Position numbers and translations under genes: made by a program. A model generated the notes under the pieces. The model ran no database searches. It had not been told where the DNA came from and worked only from the letters and a program-made list of their open reading frames with translations. Positions 1-12,921 of a stretch of DNA of 64,000 bases are shown in pieces. Each line of letters starts with the position of its first letter. Within the stretch, counting starts at the first letter, position 1. The DNA is from Lama glama (lineage: Eukaryota), in the NCBI GenBank assembly GCA_028534125.1, contig CM052817.1, positions 41,232,001 through 41,296,000 on the forward strand, given 5' to 3'.

Positions 1-1419
1 ATATTGTACAGATATGCTGATTTTACAATGAAAATGATGATTATCCATGAGTCAAAATGAATGTTCGGACAATTTGCAAAATTAAACTTCACAAAATTAT
101 CTAGAAATCATAACAATGCTGTAATATTTATGAAAGATGATACAGACTTATGAAAATCAATTATTTTATTATATTAAACAGAAAATACCTGAGGTATAGG
201 TCTTCAGGATGACAACAGTAAATGCTTATTAGAGAAGCTTTTTGATCAGCATAATTTCTTGAATATAGTTTATGAAGTCTGATTAATAGTCTAGACTATG
301 GTAACTTTAATGATGAAGCAACTAAGGCTTTACTATTTCATTATCTTGAATATTAAATAAGATAAATGGCATTAGGAATATTTAGAGGATTCTAATACAA
401 GATACTAGCAACATCTGAAGAATTCTCCTTTATCATTTCATCAAGAAGTATTTAGTAGAGAATAGTTGTCATAAATATTTGAAAACAAATTATACTTCTG
501 TAACATCGAAGTAGCTCCACAGATTTCAGCCCTGCAGGAATAATCAGGAAGAAAAATCGTGCTGTTTTTGAAGTCTTCGGCTTATCATCCAGACTCTTCA
601 ACTTGTGTAACTTGGCTGCTGTCTTGTTGGCTAGTCTTGGACAGATCATTTAATCTCTCTAAAATTCAATTTTCTCACCTCAAAAATGCCTTGGTTGGTG
701 GCACTAGGGTGGGGAAAGATTAAAAGAGATGATCATTAATATTTCTCCCAGCTCTAAAATTTTATTATTCTATTATTCATTTTCTCCCTCCCCACTTAAT
801 GTTCTAGGACATAGATTGGTAATTAGTCAAAACTGAGGGAATTTTCTAGCAAAATAATCAGACTTAACATCAAAGGCTGTAAGAATTTGAAACAGAAAAA
901 TCTTTTCTTAAGTTATAAGATCAACTCATTTACAGGCAACCAGACAAAAACCACTAGAAAGAGAAATTAGAACTAGAGAAATATATGTATATTTATTGTC
1001 CACTATAAAGATTTTACAGGATGAAGAATATTTATCTCAATAAACTCATGTTAAACATAGCTGAATGTCTACTCCAAAGAGTGATACATCATACCAAAAT
1101 AATGTGTGTTTAAAGTTATGAAATGGTTTTGTTCATAGAGAGAAAATAAGTCACTATGCATTATGTGATCAGTGATGATGACACTATCTCATGACCTTAT
1201 GATCAGGCCAAGTTATTTTATTTCTCAATATCATTATCCCTCCAGGGGATGTTAAAAATAATTACTTTGTAAGAGTAAATAAGAATTGACAAATGAGCAA
1301 AATAACAATGCATATAAAGGAAAAATAAGTAATGTGCCGTTCACAGTTCTTGTCTAGTATAAATGAAGATATAGCAAATTTTTACATCTTCCTAGAGGAC
1401 CTTGAAAACCTACTGTACC

Positions 1420-1890
1420 TGTTGTGGAACTGATAGTCTGGGACCCAGGACCTGAGACCCTTCACCGGGGTGCTTGCACCTGGACAAACATCTCCTCCAG
1501 CAACAGAATACAACAGAACTGTAAGGGACTAAAAATAGCTGCACACACGTGCAGTTGGGACAATTATGAACAATAAGATACAAAAAGACCACAAGCCAAC
1601 TGCCATTTTTAGGTGTTGGGAGCAAAAGCAGGGTACTGTGCATGGTCCCTGCACGGGGCACCACCAACTGGGTGGGCAGACCACCTAAGCCAAGCCTTCT
1701 GTTCATCCCCCATTGTTAATCCACTTGAGATCCAAGCAGCTCCTTTCAGGGAGCAAGCATGGGCAACTGACTCTTGCTTTCACTCTCCTGTGCTGCAACA
1801 GGAGCCCCAGTAAAGTCTTGCCTGACGTTTTCATCTGGCCTCGTATCAATTTCTATTGATTAAAGAGTCCAAGGGCCCAGGTTGGTAACA
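1420..1890 (+). mobile_element. Solo ERV1-class LTR
   Basis: TGTTG...GGTAACA termini, ~470 bp, AGTAAA/ATTAAA signals near the 3' end, typical ERV1 LTR composition. Family not identified. Confidence 0.7.
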
Positions 1891-3839
1891 GAACTTCTCA
1901 TGCAGCCATTACATTCTTTTGTTCAACTTTAAGGTCTGTCAGACAAAGTGACAGTGAAAGAGGATCACATGGATATGTGAAAGAAACTTCCCTGAACTTA
2001 TCTTTTCTATTTAGTAGTATCTTCTTAGCAAATCTAAATGAATGGCTGTCTGCAGTATTTTTAGTGATCCCAGGAAAAGAAAACACATACCTCTGTAATG
2101 ACCACTGTTAGAACGCAGTGACTGTCACTGACATAATAGTCCTCCTAAATGAGACAATGAATGTGAAAAGACGTAACAATTATTAGGAATTATTGAGGAG
2201 AACATTCCAAAGCTGAACCAATCATGTGTTTCATCACAAAAATCCCTTCTAAGTGGCAGAGTTCATTTTCTAGTTATGAAAGTATTGACGTGCCTGGGTA
2301 GGGACTCAGGGTCTTGAATATCTAAATCTTCATGTCCTGCCTTCATCATCCTTCTTTCAGGTTCCAGGGAAGTGTATGTATGTAGGTCAATGCCAAACAC
2401 ATACACACTTTATCACTATGAAAATCCAACACGACCCCCTTGTAAGCTAGGTTGGCCCATGGGCAGAATTCTGTTTATTCAGGCTAGAAGCAGGAAGAGG
2501 GACCGAAGCCAAAGCATGTCAAGCAGCCTCCTTCCCCCTTTCACTTCAGGCTCTCGGGTGATGAGGAAAGGGAAGTCAAGGAAAATCATGCTAAAAACCA
2601 AGGGAAGATAAGGAGTTTTTCCAAGGTCTAGAGTCAAGCTGGTCTAACTGACCTACCCTCAACATACTATTGCAGATGGGAGAGAGAGTCCAAAGAGAGG
2701 GGATCCCAAGAAATGGAGCCTGGATCCGGAGAAATGAGACCTATGGCTCCAGAATGTCTTAGTCTCTACTTAGCCACAACACTAGAATGTTTCCTCCTCC
2801 TTGGTGAAAGGGGCAGGGCTGGGGGTAGGATCTTTTTTTTTTTTTCTTTTCCTTTAAATCTATTCTCTGTGCAGTTGCAATTTCTTCCCTCCTTCCTTTT
2901 TACATAAAATAAATACTTTGGTGTCTGTGCAGTATTGTAGGTACTATATGGCTTTATTTATTTTTAAACTGTTTAAAAAAATAATGATTGGGTTTATGTG
3001 TTCCAGAGAAGCTGTGATTAGTTCAGAAATGCTAAAGGATAAGTTCACCAGCTACAAATTTATATTAACCTAGCTTGCTTGGGAACGTTAAAATGATTTT
3101 CTCAGAATTGCATCTGATCATTCTTCACATTTTTTTCTTTACGAAATTCTTTCAATCTCTTGTCAAGATACATGAGAAACAGTATGTTATATTTATGAAA
3201 AATAGGTTTGTCTTCCTTGGCTTTGAAATTGAGAAGGCTGAGGCTATGGTCTACATGGGCTGTGACCAATGCCTTCATTTTCTACCATTTATAAACGGGC
3301 GTAAAGTTTCCAGAGTGACATTAAGAAACTAAATGACAGAAAATATGTGGAGGTGTCTTGGAGAGTTACTTGGCCATTTCACGAGGCCCTTTAAGATCCA
3401 GAGAGAGGGAATTTAATATTGAAAAAGGCTGCCATTCCACATGGAATACAGTTAATGTTTCTCTTACCCTGAAGCCATGGTCCATCCCCTGACGCTTTTC
3501 CCTCTTTAGTCCTGCCTGGTGTCCTGGAACTTCATTCCTCTTCCACAGGATAAGTTTTAAGTATTTTAAGGAAGTTATGCTTTGTGAGATTTTCATTTAA
3601 AGTTCAAGTGTTTTAAGAAAATCATAAACTACAAATAATGATATTAAACTTGTGTCTGAGACAAATAATAAACATTGCTTTGCAATGATAAGAAACAGCC
3701 TCTGGTTTAACTTAAACACACACATCTACTAGTTTTAACAGCAATATCTAGGGCATGTAAAATGACTCAAATTAAAAGTAGATTTTTTTCAGACATTATT
3801 TCATAAATCTTGCATTAAGTAATTAAATCCATTTTCTAG

Positions 3840-4050
3840 AGTGGGAAGATGTGAACTTTGGAATCAGAGAGACATGGGTTTAATTCATGGCTCCTCCAGC
3901 TGAGTGGCCTTGGCAAGTTATTTACCTTCCTAAGCCTCATTCCTTCATCTGAGAAATAGAGAAAATAGTTTCTGTATCTCAGGGTCTTGGTGAGGATGAA
4001 AGATAATGTAAGCAAAAAATTCATTACACAAATATGGTGAAATACTCAAC
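3840..4050 (+). mobile_element. MIR SINE remnant
   Basis: gccttggcaagttatttaccttcctaagcctcattccttcatctg...gtgaggatgaaagataatgta resembles the MIR core. Confidence 0.7.
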
Positions 4051-4659
4051 AGCAAATAAATGGAGTGAACAATATCAATATTTGTCAACATGGATAGATG
4101 ATCAAAATCAAAACTTAGCGAGGAAACAGTGAGAAACTGAATGACATGGACTGCATGATAACATCTAGACAGGTATACTCATGTGGTACTCACATAAAAC
4201 AATACCGTCATTGTTCATGAAAGGCAGATTGAAAAACTCACACTAAATACAGTGTGAAGGAAAGTGCCTTGGGGACAGTGAAAAGTGGGATCTTAGATGG
4301 GAAATGAAAGAGACTAAAATAAAAGGAAGAATGTTGGACATGGATCAGTCATGATGATTGTTCTAATTTTGTGTACCCGAGGTCCAAGAGGAGAGAAAGA
4401 GAAAAATTATGTTTAGCAAAGAGCCAGCCACGTAGCAGAAGCTCAATACAAGTGGTTATTTTTATTACTCGAGCGGGGTCCTACTCAGCAAGTGTTTATT
4501 TTCATTAGTTTGATTGGTACTATTGAGCTCAGCAACATTTACAGAGACAAGAGTTGAGCCAATGGAGTCAAAAGAGCAGAAAGAAACTGACAAGTAGAGA
4601 ATAGAAAGAATATCTTTTCATGATAGAGAATAATTAATACATAATCATAATAGCTATTA

Positions 4660-4990
4660 CTTATTAAGTGCTTACCGTGTACTAGGCATTCGTTGATTCA
4701 TCCAACCAACATGTATTCATTAAGTGCTTATTAGGTATGAGACAGTATTCTAGACATCAGAAATACAGCAGGAAAATAACAACTATAATGACAACAACAT
4801 ACCAAGCTCTTATGGAGCTTATATTCTGGTGAAGGGAGGGAGGCAAAAATAAGTAAAATATACAGAATGTTAATGGTGGTAAGTCCTATGGAGGAAATGA
4901 CAACAACACATGGAAGGACCAGATGGAGCGGGGGTGACTACAGTTTGAAATAGGGAGGTCAGGAAAGGCTTCTCTGAGGGACATGGTTCC
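4660..4990. mobile_element. L2 LINE remnant
   Basis: ttcatccaaccaacatgtattcattaagtgctta...gagcttatattctggtg...gggaggtcaggaaaggcttctctgagg matches an L2 3' end pattern. Confidence 0.65.
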
Positions 4991-6589
4991 CAACTCGTTT
5001 CCTGTATTCTCTTTTCATCTTCTTCTGTGAAGAATTTACTTTTATAAACCATGATTGCTATTTTTCAGATGAGTAAACTGGGGCCCAGAATCCTTCCTTG
5101 CCTTTACTAAGGTTTGATGCTGGCTCAGTGGTCGAGACAGGATCAGGGTTTGGCCACCTGACTCTGGAGCTGTCTCCTTGTGTATTACCTCTCAGACAGG
5201 AGCTGGAAGGGGCCCTGGGGGACCGGCCAGAATGGGGAGCAAGAATGCGGTTTAGTAAAGCATTGAATCAATAGTATCATAGGATCCATCTTACATTTTT
5301 TAGAAATTAAAATAAGCATCTTTGGTTTTGGTGGGGAAAAAAAACTTCAGAAAGTAAAGCTAGGCAAAATCTTCGGGGCTGGTGGGTGTATCCAGAGACT
5401 ACAAAGGTGATGTCAGATATTTCCATTAAGAAATCAGGATTTAGTCCAACTCCCTTAATTTATTGCTACAGGACCAGGAACCTCAAGATTGTAAATGACT
5501 TGCCCAACCTCCTATGGCTTGTTTGTTGCAAAACCAGGGTGGAAAACTAAGCTTGAAAGAATAACCAACCAGCACAACCACGACAGCTGGGCTGGGCCAG
5601 CCAAGCCTCCATGCTTTACGCTGAATAGCTGGCCGGGCCAATTTCACTTGGACTTTTGACTTTCTTTAAACTGCAGAGAAGCTCAAATAGGTGAGAGTGG
5701 ATTTCTGAGTCAGGGAAGACCCATCTGCAGAAGAGGAGGAGGGAGTATAATTAGAGAAAGAGACATGAGAGGAGGCACAGAAGAAGAGAATGCGAGGAGG
5801 CATCAGCTAAGTTTAGGCAAAATGACTGTTTCCACCCCGGGGAAGGAGAGTTGGGGGGTGGGGGTGGGAGATGGAGCAGGGACAAAGAGGTTCCTCCACC
5901 GCAGTAATCCTAACTATAGTACTATAGGACAGGTATGAGTAGTGTTGTTCTACACACGGGAAAGCTGAAGCTCAGAAAACTACTTAAGGTCACAAAGCAG
6001 GCAAGAGAGTCTCCTGCTATTTTAAGGTTTCCTTCTTTCTCCGTCTCCTCCTTCCCTTGTTTAGTTGTTTCTTCCCTCCAGCCTCTTTTTATTTGTACAA
6101 GGTGAAGGATTGGGGTTTTTACCTTTTTCCAGTTATCAAGTATCCTCTGATAAGAGTATATACGGTTACCATGACAGCACAGCCTTTACTGAGGACAGAT
6201 CTCCCCTCTGCCTCCAGAATCGTATTTCACAGCACAGGTTCCCTTTCTCTGTGGAACTTAGAACAGCCGCACTTTTACATTTTATTTGGGTGACCATTTG
6301 CTTAACGTTTTTCCTCTACCAGACTATAAGCTTCATGACAGGGAGCGGTCTATTTTTGCTTGGAGTGTGCCCCCAGCGTTTTACACAACACCTAGCACTC
6401 AGGTTTTCATAAATATTCGCTGAGCGAATGTTCTTGTGGTTTCTCTCAGCTCTCTTCTGAAAGTTACACGGACAGTAACCTCTAGCTCATAATTATGTTA
6501 ATAGATACTGTATAACAAGTCAGGCCGGTATTTACAGGTAGCGCACAGGTAAATGAACACACACAGGCATACACAGGACTGCACAAACA

Positions 6590-7400
6590 GCCCCCGGCAG
6601 GTGCACCCAGGAGGAAGCGCACGGCGGCGGAGCGAGCCCAGCCAGCGCTGGTAAACACGGCTGCGCCGCGGGCCGCCGGCCTCCGCAGCGTGGGAGGGCA
6701 CCCGGGCAACCGCGCCACTGGAGTCGCCGGCCCCCAGGGACGCGTGGGCGGGACCCGGGCGCCGGGGGCGGTGGCAGAGTGGGCGGTAAGCTGCGCCGTG
6801 ATTGGTCGTGCGGGGCGGGGCTGGCGGCGGGAGGCGGGCGCTGGGAGGAAGGGGGTGTGCGCGGCGGCGGCGGCTGCGGCTGTAGTTTCAGTATAAACAA
6901 GGCATCCGACTGGTTGGGCGGAATCTTTTTCCTTCTTCCCGCGCGCTTTCGCTCCCTGTCCTTTGGTTGCGTTGGTGGGCGCGCGGCAAACAGCCGGGAA
7001 GTTCGAGGACCCGGGGTCCATCTGCAGGTGGGTTGTTCTCCGGTCATCAGTTCTCCCAGGAGAAACCCGAGCCCGGCAGCGGGAACGCACGACCCTCCTG
7101 CGCGCTGTGCACTCTCCGGGGGCCGGGGAGCTGGGCGCGGAGCGAGCCAAGCTCTCTGACTGCGCCCCGGCTGCCGGTGCCCCTGGAGGCGGCGGGAGAG
7201 CCAGGGCCAGCGAGCGCTGATTGGTGCAAAGCCCCCGACAAAAGCAGGGGACCGGAGGAGTCCGCCTGCCTGGCCGCCGAGGGCGTCGGGGGTGTCCCCG
7301 GGAGCGCACCCGGTGCCAACAGGTGCGGGGCCCAGCCCCTGGGGCCAGCGCGGGGACAGGCTTGGGTTTTGGCTTGCTTCTTTCACCCTCGTCCCGCAGC
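6590..7400 (+). promoter_or_regulatory. RASGEF1B: CpG-island promoter of RASGEF1B
   Basis: Abrupt GC/CpG-rich block in AT-rich DNA. Reverse CCAAT boxes (ATTGG 6801-6805, 7220-7224), GC box GGGGCGGGG 6812-6820, forkhead-like GTAAACA 6651-6657, TATAAA-like 6892-6897, E2F-like TTCCCGCG ~6936, short (GCG)n 6861-6873. Confidence 0.9.
6860..7027 (+). other. RASGEF1B: Probable non-coding exon 1 (5' UTR); TSS approximate
   Basis: Inside the CpG island, downstream of CCAAT/GC boxes. Ends at donor CAG|GTGGGT (7027|7028) and has no ATG. The start is inferred. Confidence 0.6.
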
Positions 7401-10400
7401 CAGGCTTTCTGTTCCGAGCTCTTGGTAGTTTTTGAGGATTTGTGTGAGTTCTAGTAGCGTTCATCCTTTCTTCGTCCTCTCCTCCCTTCCTGTGCTCAGC
7501 TAGGTTGTTTCCTACTTTTTGGCTAGTGTTCGTGAATAGGTGGGTGGGTGGGGGGAACTGTTTATTTTTGGTGTCGGAGCCTTATAATCTAAGGTCTAAC
7601 TCTTGGGAAGAGACAAGCGAACAGAAGTTATGTGTTCGCCACTGACGAAGTGAAATTGTTTCATTCCTCCGTTCAGCTGGCAAACTTGGGACACTACATG
7701 TCTTGCTCTTGCCTAAGCTCAGGTGAGTCGCCTCGGGTCACCTGGCCAGGCGATGATAACGTGAACTGGGGGTACTTGGGAGCCCCCCGGGCTGCTAGCG
7801 GGAGGAAGGCTCCTCTTTCTAGGGGAACCGTGGAAACAATTTCAGTGCTGTACAAGAGAAAAGGGGCGGAACAGGGGGGCTGGAGTGTACGTGTGTCTGT
7901 CTGACTGAACGCGTACCACTGGAATATTGATTCCCATCTTACCCCACCTGATCGGCGCAATTCAGACAAGAGCAAGGAGCAACGTAGCTAAGTCCTCTGA
8001 CGGTGCAGAGGGCGGCACAAGTGTAGTAAATAGCAGAAAGAGATTTCTAGAGAGCGACTTTCTCCTAAATGTAGACGTGTCCGTCTTCACCGATGAATTG
8101 AGTGGGTATGGTGTGTGTATAGATGAATATGCACACCGATTTGTGTATGTGTGTTTGGGTCGAACGCGTCTCCAAGGAGTCCTTCGTCAGCAGCACCATG
8201 TGACGACGGTCAGAACTGCTGGTGTGCGTAGATCTATATTTAGCCCTGGATGATCTCTCATGGCCGAGGGAGGGTCCCTGAACCGGGTGCATAAAGGGGA
8301 AGAGTTCAGGGATCAGGGTTTTGCTCTCTTGAATGATGTCTGGTACAGTCAGACTCAGATGGGGTGAATAATTATTCTTTCCTCCCAAACAGTAGCCAGA
8401 GCCTAGCATGTGATGGCTGTGTCTTAATTTAAAACACAGACCGTCGTGATAAGCCTATGGGAAGCAAGGAGGTTACAGTTAACCAGAGTATATGCCTGAT
8501 TGGAGATTTGGGAGGAAAACAAGTAGTCAGGTGAGGTTTAGAGCAAATGTAGAAATCGATTCCTCAAAGGAAGTAATAAAAAATCTTGGCTGTTAAGATG
8601 TTCATAACAAAAAGTGGAGCAGATCATTAATGGCTGTGTTATTTTTCAGGGGACAGTGGTTGAGCCAAGGAGGACATAGGGCACTTTTGACAGAAATCAA
8701 GGTTCACAAGCAGTGCCCTATTAATTAATTATTAGTTAATCTGCCTTTCAAGCAGATTTTCTGGCAAAGTGAAGATCGGCTACTGATTAGCAAGTTTCTT
8801 GTTGACATTCTTCCAGGACATGTTGGTCAATCCTTTGTCTTCCTAGAGGTGGCAACATTTCTGGCTACTAAGCTTTGTACTTTACAGTGGTCTAATGAGG
8901 TGTTAAATGCTTAGAGTTTATTTCTCCCATGGTGCATTTTCAGTCTTGCTCCATTTTATATACTCCACCAGACATTTATTCTAATACGTGGGATGATACT
9001 GTCTTTTGGAATAGAAAATCATCATAAAACATTTATATTTATTATTATTTTTAAATTTAATTCATTCTTAGGCATATATTATTAAATATTTCTAAGTATC
9101 TATTTATCATAATTATACACATTTCTTATATTACTACTAACATTACATTCTTACAGTGTTAACTACTGGCTAATAAACTACAATAGTCCAAAAAAAAATC
9201 AATTGAATAATACCTATCTAGGGAAAAAAGAAATGGCGAGAAAACTGAAGAGGCGAAGCTAGGTTGACTTTGTTGGTGAGGTACCCAGTATGGCAGAGGA
9301 AGTAGTGGGATCAACTTTATCAGTGACCTGGAAGAAGTGGACTTCAGAGGAGCATTTGGGTGACCCCAAAGAGAGTATCTGCTTGGGCGGGAGATAGGGA
9401 AATGAGGGTGTTCTCCCTTACTTAGGAGAAGAACCTAGGGTCCCTGAAGCAGGGGTTTAAAGCCTTATTTCTGATGCCACAAATAGTAAGTGAAAAGGCC
9501 ATTATAACATTTTGTGAGGTTTTAAAGAGACAAATTGGGTTGTTGAAAATCCTGAAGATTGAGGGGATTTTTGTCTTTAGTGGTTGAATTCAAGTGTTAT
9601 CTCCCTTTCACTTTTCAAGAACTATAGTTGCCCATTTTGGTTTTCCAGTTAAATCTACAAAAATCAGATTTGTGCAACCCTTAATTTTCCTAAAACAAGA
9701 GATGTAGTCTAGTGCTGGGCAGATTTCTGCCTTGGGAATAGAGAAACTAGGATTCTGGCCAGTCTGGAGCCCTGACAAGTCACTTACTCCCTCACTATAC
9801 TGGCAATGGCTGTGAAATTGATGAGGTGTCAAACTGGATGATTTATGTGTTAACTGGTTTATTTTGCTGTGCTATCACTGCATTCATTTGTACCCATGAA
9901 GTAATGGTCTGCAGTTAGATGTTCAGCTACTTTCTGGGTGTGTGGAAATGAAGAGAGGAGAGTGATATTTCTTTTTATTCATTAAAATTATACAGAGCTT
10001 TATTATTTTCTTGAGCTGGGTTTTGCTTTTGTTTTGTTTTGTTTTTTTTCCTATGAGTGTATTTTAAAAGCTGATTAACAAGAAGCCTGAGTCAGGAAAA
10101 CTATTTTGATCTTTTAAGTCAGTGTTACTATTCCGTCATTTTTTAAACCAGGCTTTTGACCATTTTTCTCTTAGATTGGTGTATTTACTATTTCATTTCA
10201 TAGTATGTCTGCATCTAGAAATCATTCAATTGATTCAAATTTTATTAGGAAGCCCTGGTATAAAAATTAGTTTAACACAGGGAAAGAACAAATTAGTCTT
10301 GTAAGGAAGGAAAGCACTTTATAGACTGCTAGTATCCTTCAAAGAGGAAGAATAGAGGAGGAGGCTATGTGTATTTTTTCAAAAACTTGCAACCCCAAAA

Positions 10401-10601
10401 TAAAATTATCACATTAACTATGTTCCATAATAAAATGTAAGTAGAAAATTCTACTTGCTTACTAAATGTCCTCACTAAGTATCAGGTCATTTTTCCTGCT
10501 GAGGTGAATTGAGTTTAGAAACATAAACCCTTTAGTAAAGGATGCTCCCCATTGGATTTGGCTTAAGATCTATTATGTATGAATGATTCAACTAACTATA
10601 T

Positions 10602-10795
10602 CTGTGCTGTTCAGAATGGTAGCCATTGCTGTTCAGTAAATAACCACATGGGGATATATGAACTTAAAGTTAATTAAATTAAACAAAAAAAGGGCACCAG
10701 TCACATTTTAAGTGCTCAGTAGTTGCGTGTGGTGAGTGGCGGCTGTATTGGACAATGCAGAAGAGGAACATTTCCAACATCCCCAAAAGTTCAGC
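10602..10795 (-). mobile_element. MER3-like hAT-Charlie DNA transposon
   Basis: ctgtgctgttcagaatggtagcca...cacattttaagtgctcagtag...tattggacaatgcag...gaacatttcc...aaagttc matches the reverse complement of MER3 as recalled. Confidence 0.7.
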
Positions 10796-12895
10796 GCTTA
10801 ATTAGGTAATGATGATTTTGATTATCCAGAAGATCACTTTTATTCCTCTGGGAAAATGACATAATTAATTCTCATCATAGAATGGCACCAAAGATATAGG
10901 AAATAAAACCGGCTTTGTATGTTTTCAACTGATCAGCATGAGCAATGCCACTTTCCTAAGTTCAGTAATTTACCATGATCACAAATACTGATTTCTCAAA
11001 TTTCACCCCCAGAACTCTCAAGTGTCCTTCTTTTACTTTTCTAAACCAACACCTACTGTTACTGCTAGAAAGTGCCAACCTTTTCAAAGACAAGGAATAT
11101 GGAGCCATCTACTGTTAAGTTCAGGAACTGCATGGAAGTTGTAGATGATTAAAAACAATGCATGAAGAATGTCAGCATATTCTGTGATCAGTTCTCACCA
11201 AAAAAAAACTAGTCAAGATTTATCTCATAGAAGAGCTTTAAATGACTGTCCTGGCCCATTCTGAGTTGCCATGTACTGAATAGTTTTATGTTTTAATAAA
11301 CTGCTGACAAGATATTCCCAAGACAAGAGAGGACAAATTGTAGCTTTGTTTTTCTCCCAAGGGAATCAAAGATAGTAATTATTTGAGTCAGAATCTTCTT
11401 CCTCCATCAATTAGGAATTAGTAAAGATTTTTAAGTAGCATCTAGGACAAATCAAGCAAAATGCAAGTTCATTTTTTATGTGGGAACCTGTAACAAATCA
11501 GGAAATATCCCATTTCATCACTGCGGAGAGAAACAGGACCTTCCTTCCTCAAAAATACTAGGTTTTTTCCCCCTTGACTGTAAAATCTACTAAGTATTTG
11601 GGGCTCAGTTCCAAAGAACGTCCTTATCTGGGAGTTACTTTTTGTTCACAAGCCAAAGAAGTGAGTTGATTCTGAGTTGTCCACTCTGTATTGTTTGTAA
11701 TCTCAACACAATACCTCTTTTTTTCAAGGAGGTTAGCTGAGGTGTAGCATTTCTAGTTTCCAGAGATGCTGCTGGAAAGAAATGAGAAAATAATCTTCAA
11801 GACGTTTTCAAGCTGAAAATAAGCATGTTTTATAGATAGTGTCAGAAACTTGACTTTTACTTTCGCCCCGACTCAAATTCATAGTTAGATAAACACTCTC
11901 TGAGCGTACAGTCAGTCCTTGTGTGCTGAGATCCCGCAGCGCCAAAAGGAGGCTAAAAGTACTTGTGATTGCAGCTGGAGTACAGCTGAAATATGTGGAC
12001 TCTTTCTCATTCCCATCTCTGGAACCTCAGATGAAAAAAGGCAGAGAGAATGCATCTCACCAAAGTGCAAAGTTCCTTTGGAATCAATATGGGAATTTGG
12101 GAACCAGTCATTCCAGGGTATTAAATTAAGCCTCTCCTCACTAAACAAACATGCTTTCAAAGTTCAATTGCAGTAGGGAAGCCTTCCTCTACCTCAGTGG
12201 TTCTTTTTTTTTTTTTTTTTTTTTTAGTTGGGACACATGCCCAGCATTTGAACAGGAACTAAATGATAGTAATTAATATAAAAGCATTGAGTTTATTAAA
12301 TATTTCACTGTAACACTCTATGATGAAATAGGAATTGAAAAAAAAACTTTATATTTTTTTCCTTGGACTCCTGTCTATGCTATCTCATTTTCCTCAGTGT
12401 AAAGGAAGTGCTGACTTGACATTCTGGTAGAGATTTACAAAGCTCCTCAAACAGATGTTGAAGGATGGCTTTTGATTTACTTCCCACACCCAGCTTTTCC
12501 CGACCCTCTTTCCCAATTTGAATTGTCACCTGAAACCACCTTGGCCTGGTGCACCTGCCTCATCGTAAATAACATTGTGCAAAAGCAGTCGCTGATTCAA
12601 ACACAATCTGCTGTTTAGAAAAAGGCAGCCTTTCATCTGGTGCTTTAGTTGGTCTGAAACCATTAGGCATGCCTTTCAAATCCATTCATCCCTTAAATCA
12701 CCCAGCGCTTGCTTCCTTGCTGCTGATCAATGTCACGCGGAACTTTTTCAGGGTCCTTGGAAGAACATGATATATCTTTGCGACTGAATTAGCTGCCCCT
12801 GTAAGATATCTTGTCTGTCAACCAACTTTTCAGCTTACTGAATTGATTTTAAGAAAGAACATTCATCTTGCATACATGGGTTGGATATATCTTTT

Positions 12896-12921
12896 ACTTC
12901 CTCTCGGGGAATTTCCCAGAA
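12896..12921. promoter_or_regulatory. Candidate intronic inflammatory enhancer core (PU.1/ETS + NF-kB + GAS)
   Basis: ACTTCCTC 12896-12903 (reverse complement GAGGAAGT), GGGAATTTCC 12907-12916, TTCCCAGAA 12913-12921. Confidence 0.55.

Noticed and set aside
6995..7030. Antisense translation HLQMDPGSSNF resembles exon 10 HQMDPSSNF; 11-nt complementarity to 32175-32185
   Set aside because: Only an 11-nt match (CAGATGGACCC) with no flanking similarity; expected by chance in 64 kb.
6482..7464. Long minus-strand ORFs (275 and 310 aa) over the promoter
   Set aside because: Low-complexity Pro/Arg/Ala/Gly translations expected from a stop-poor CpG island; no recognisable domain.
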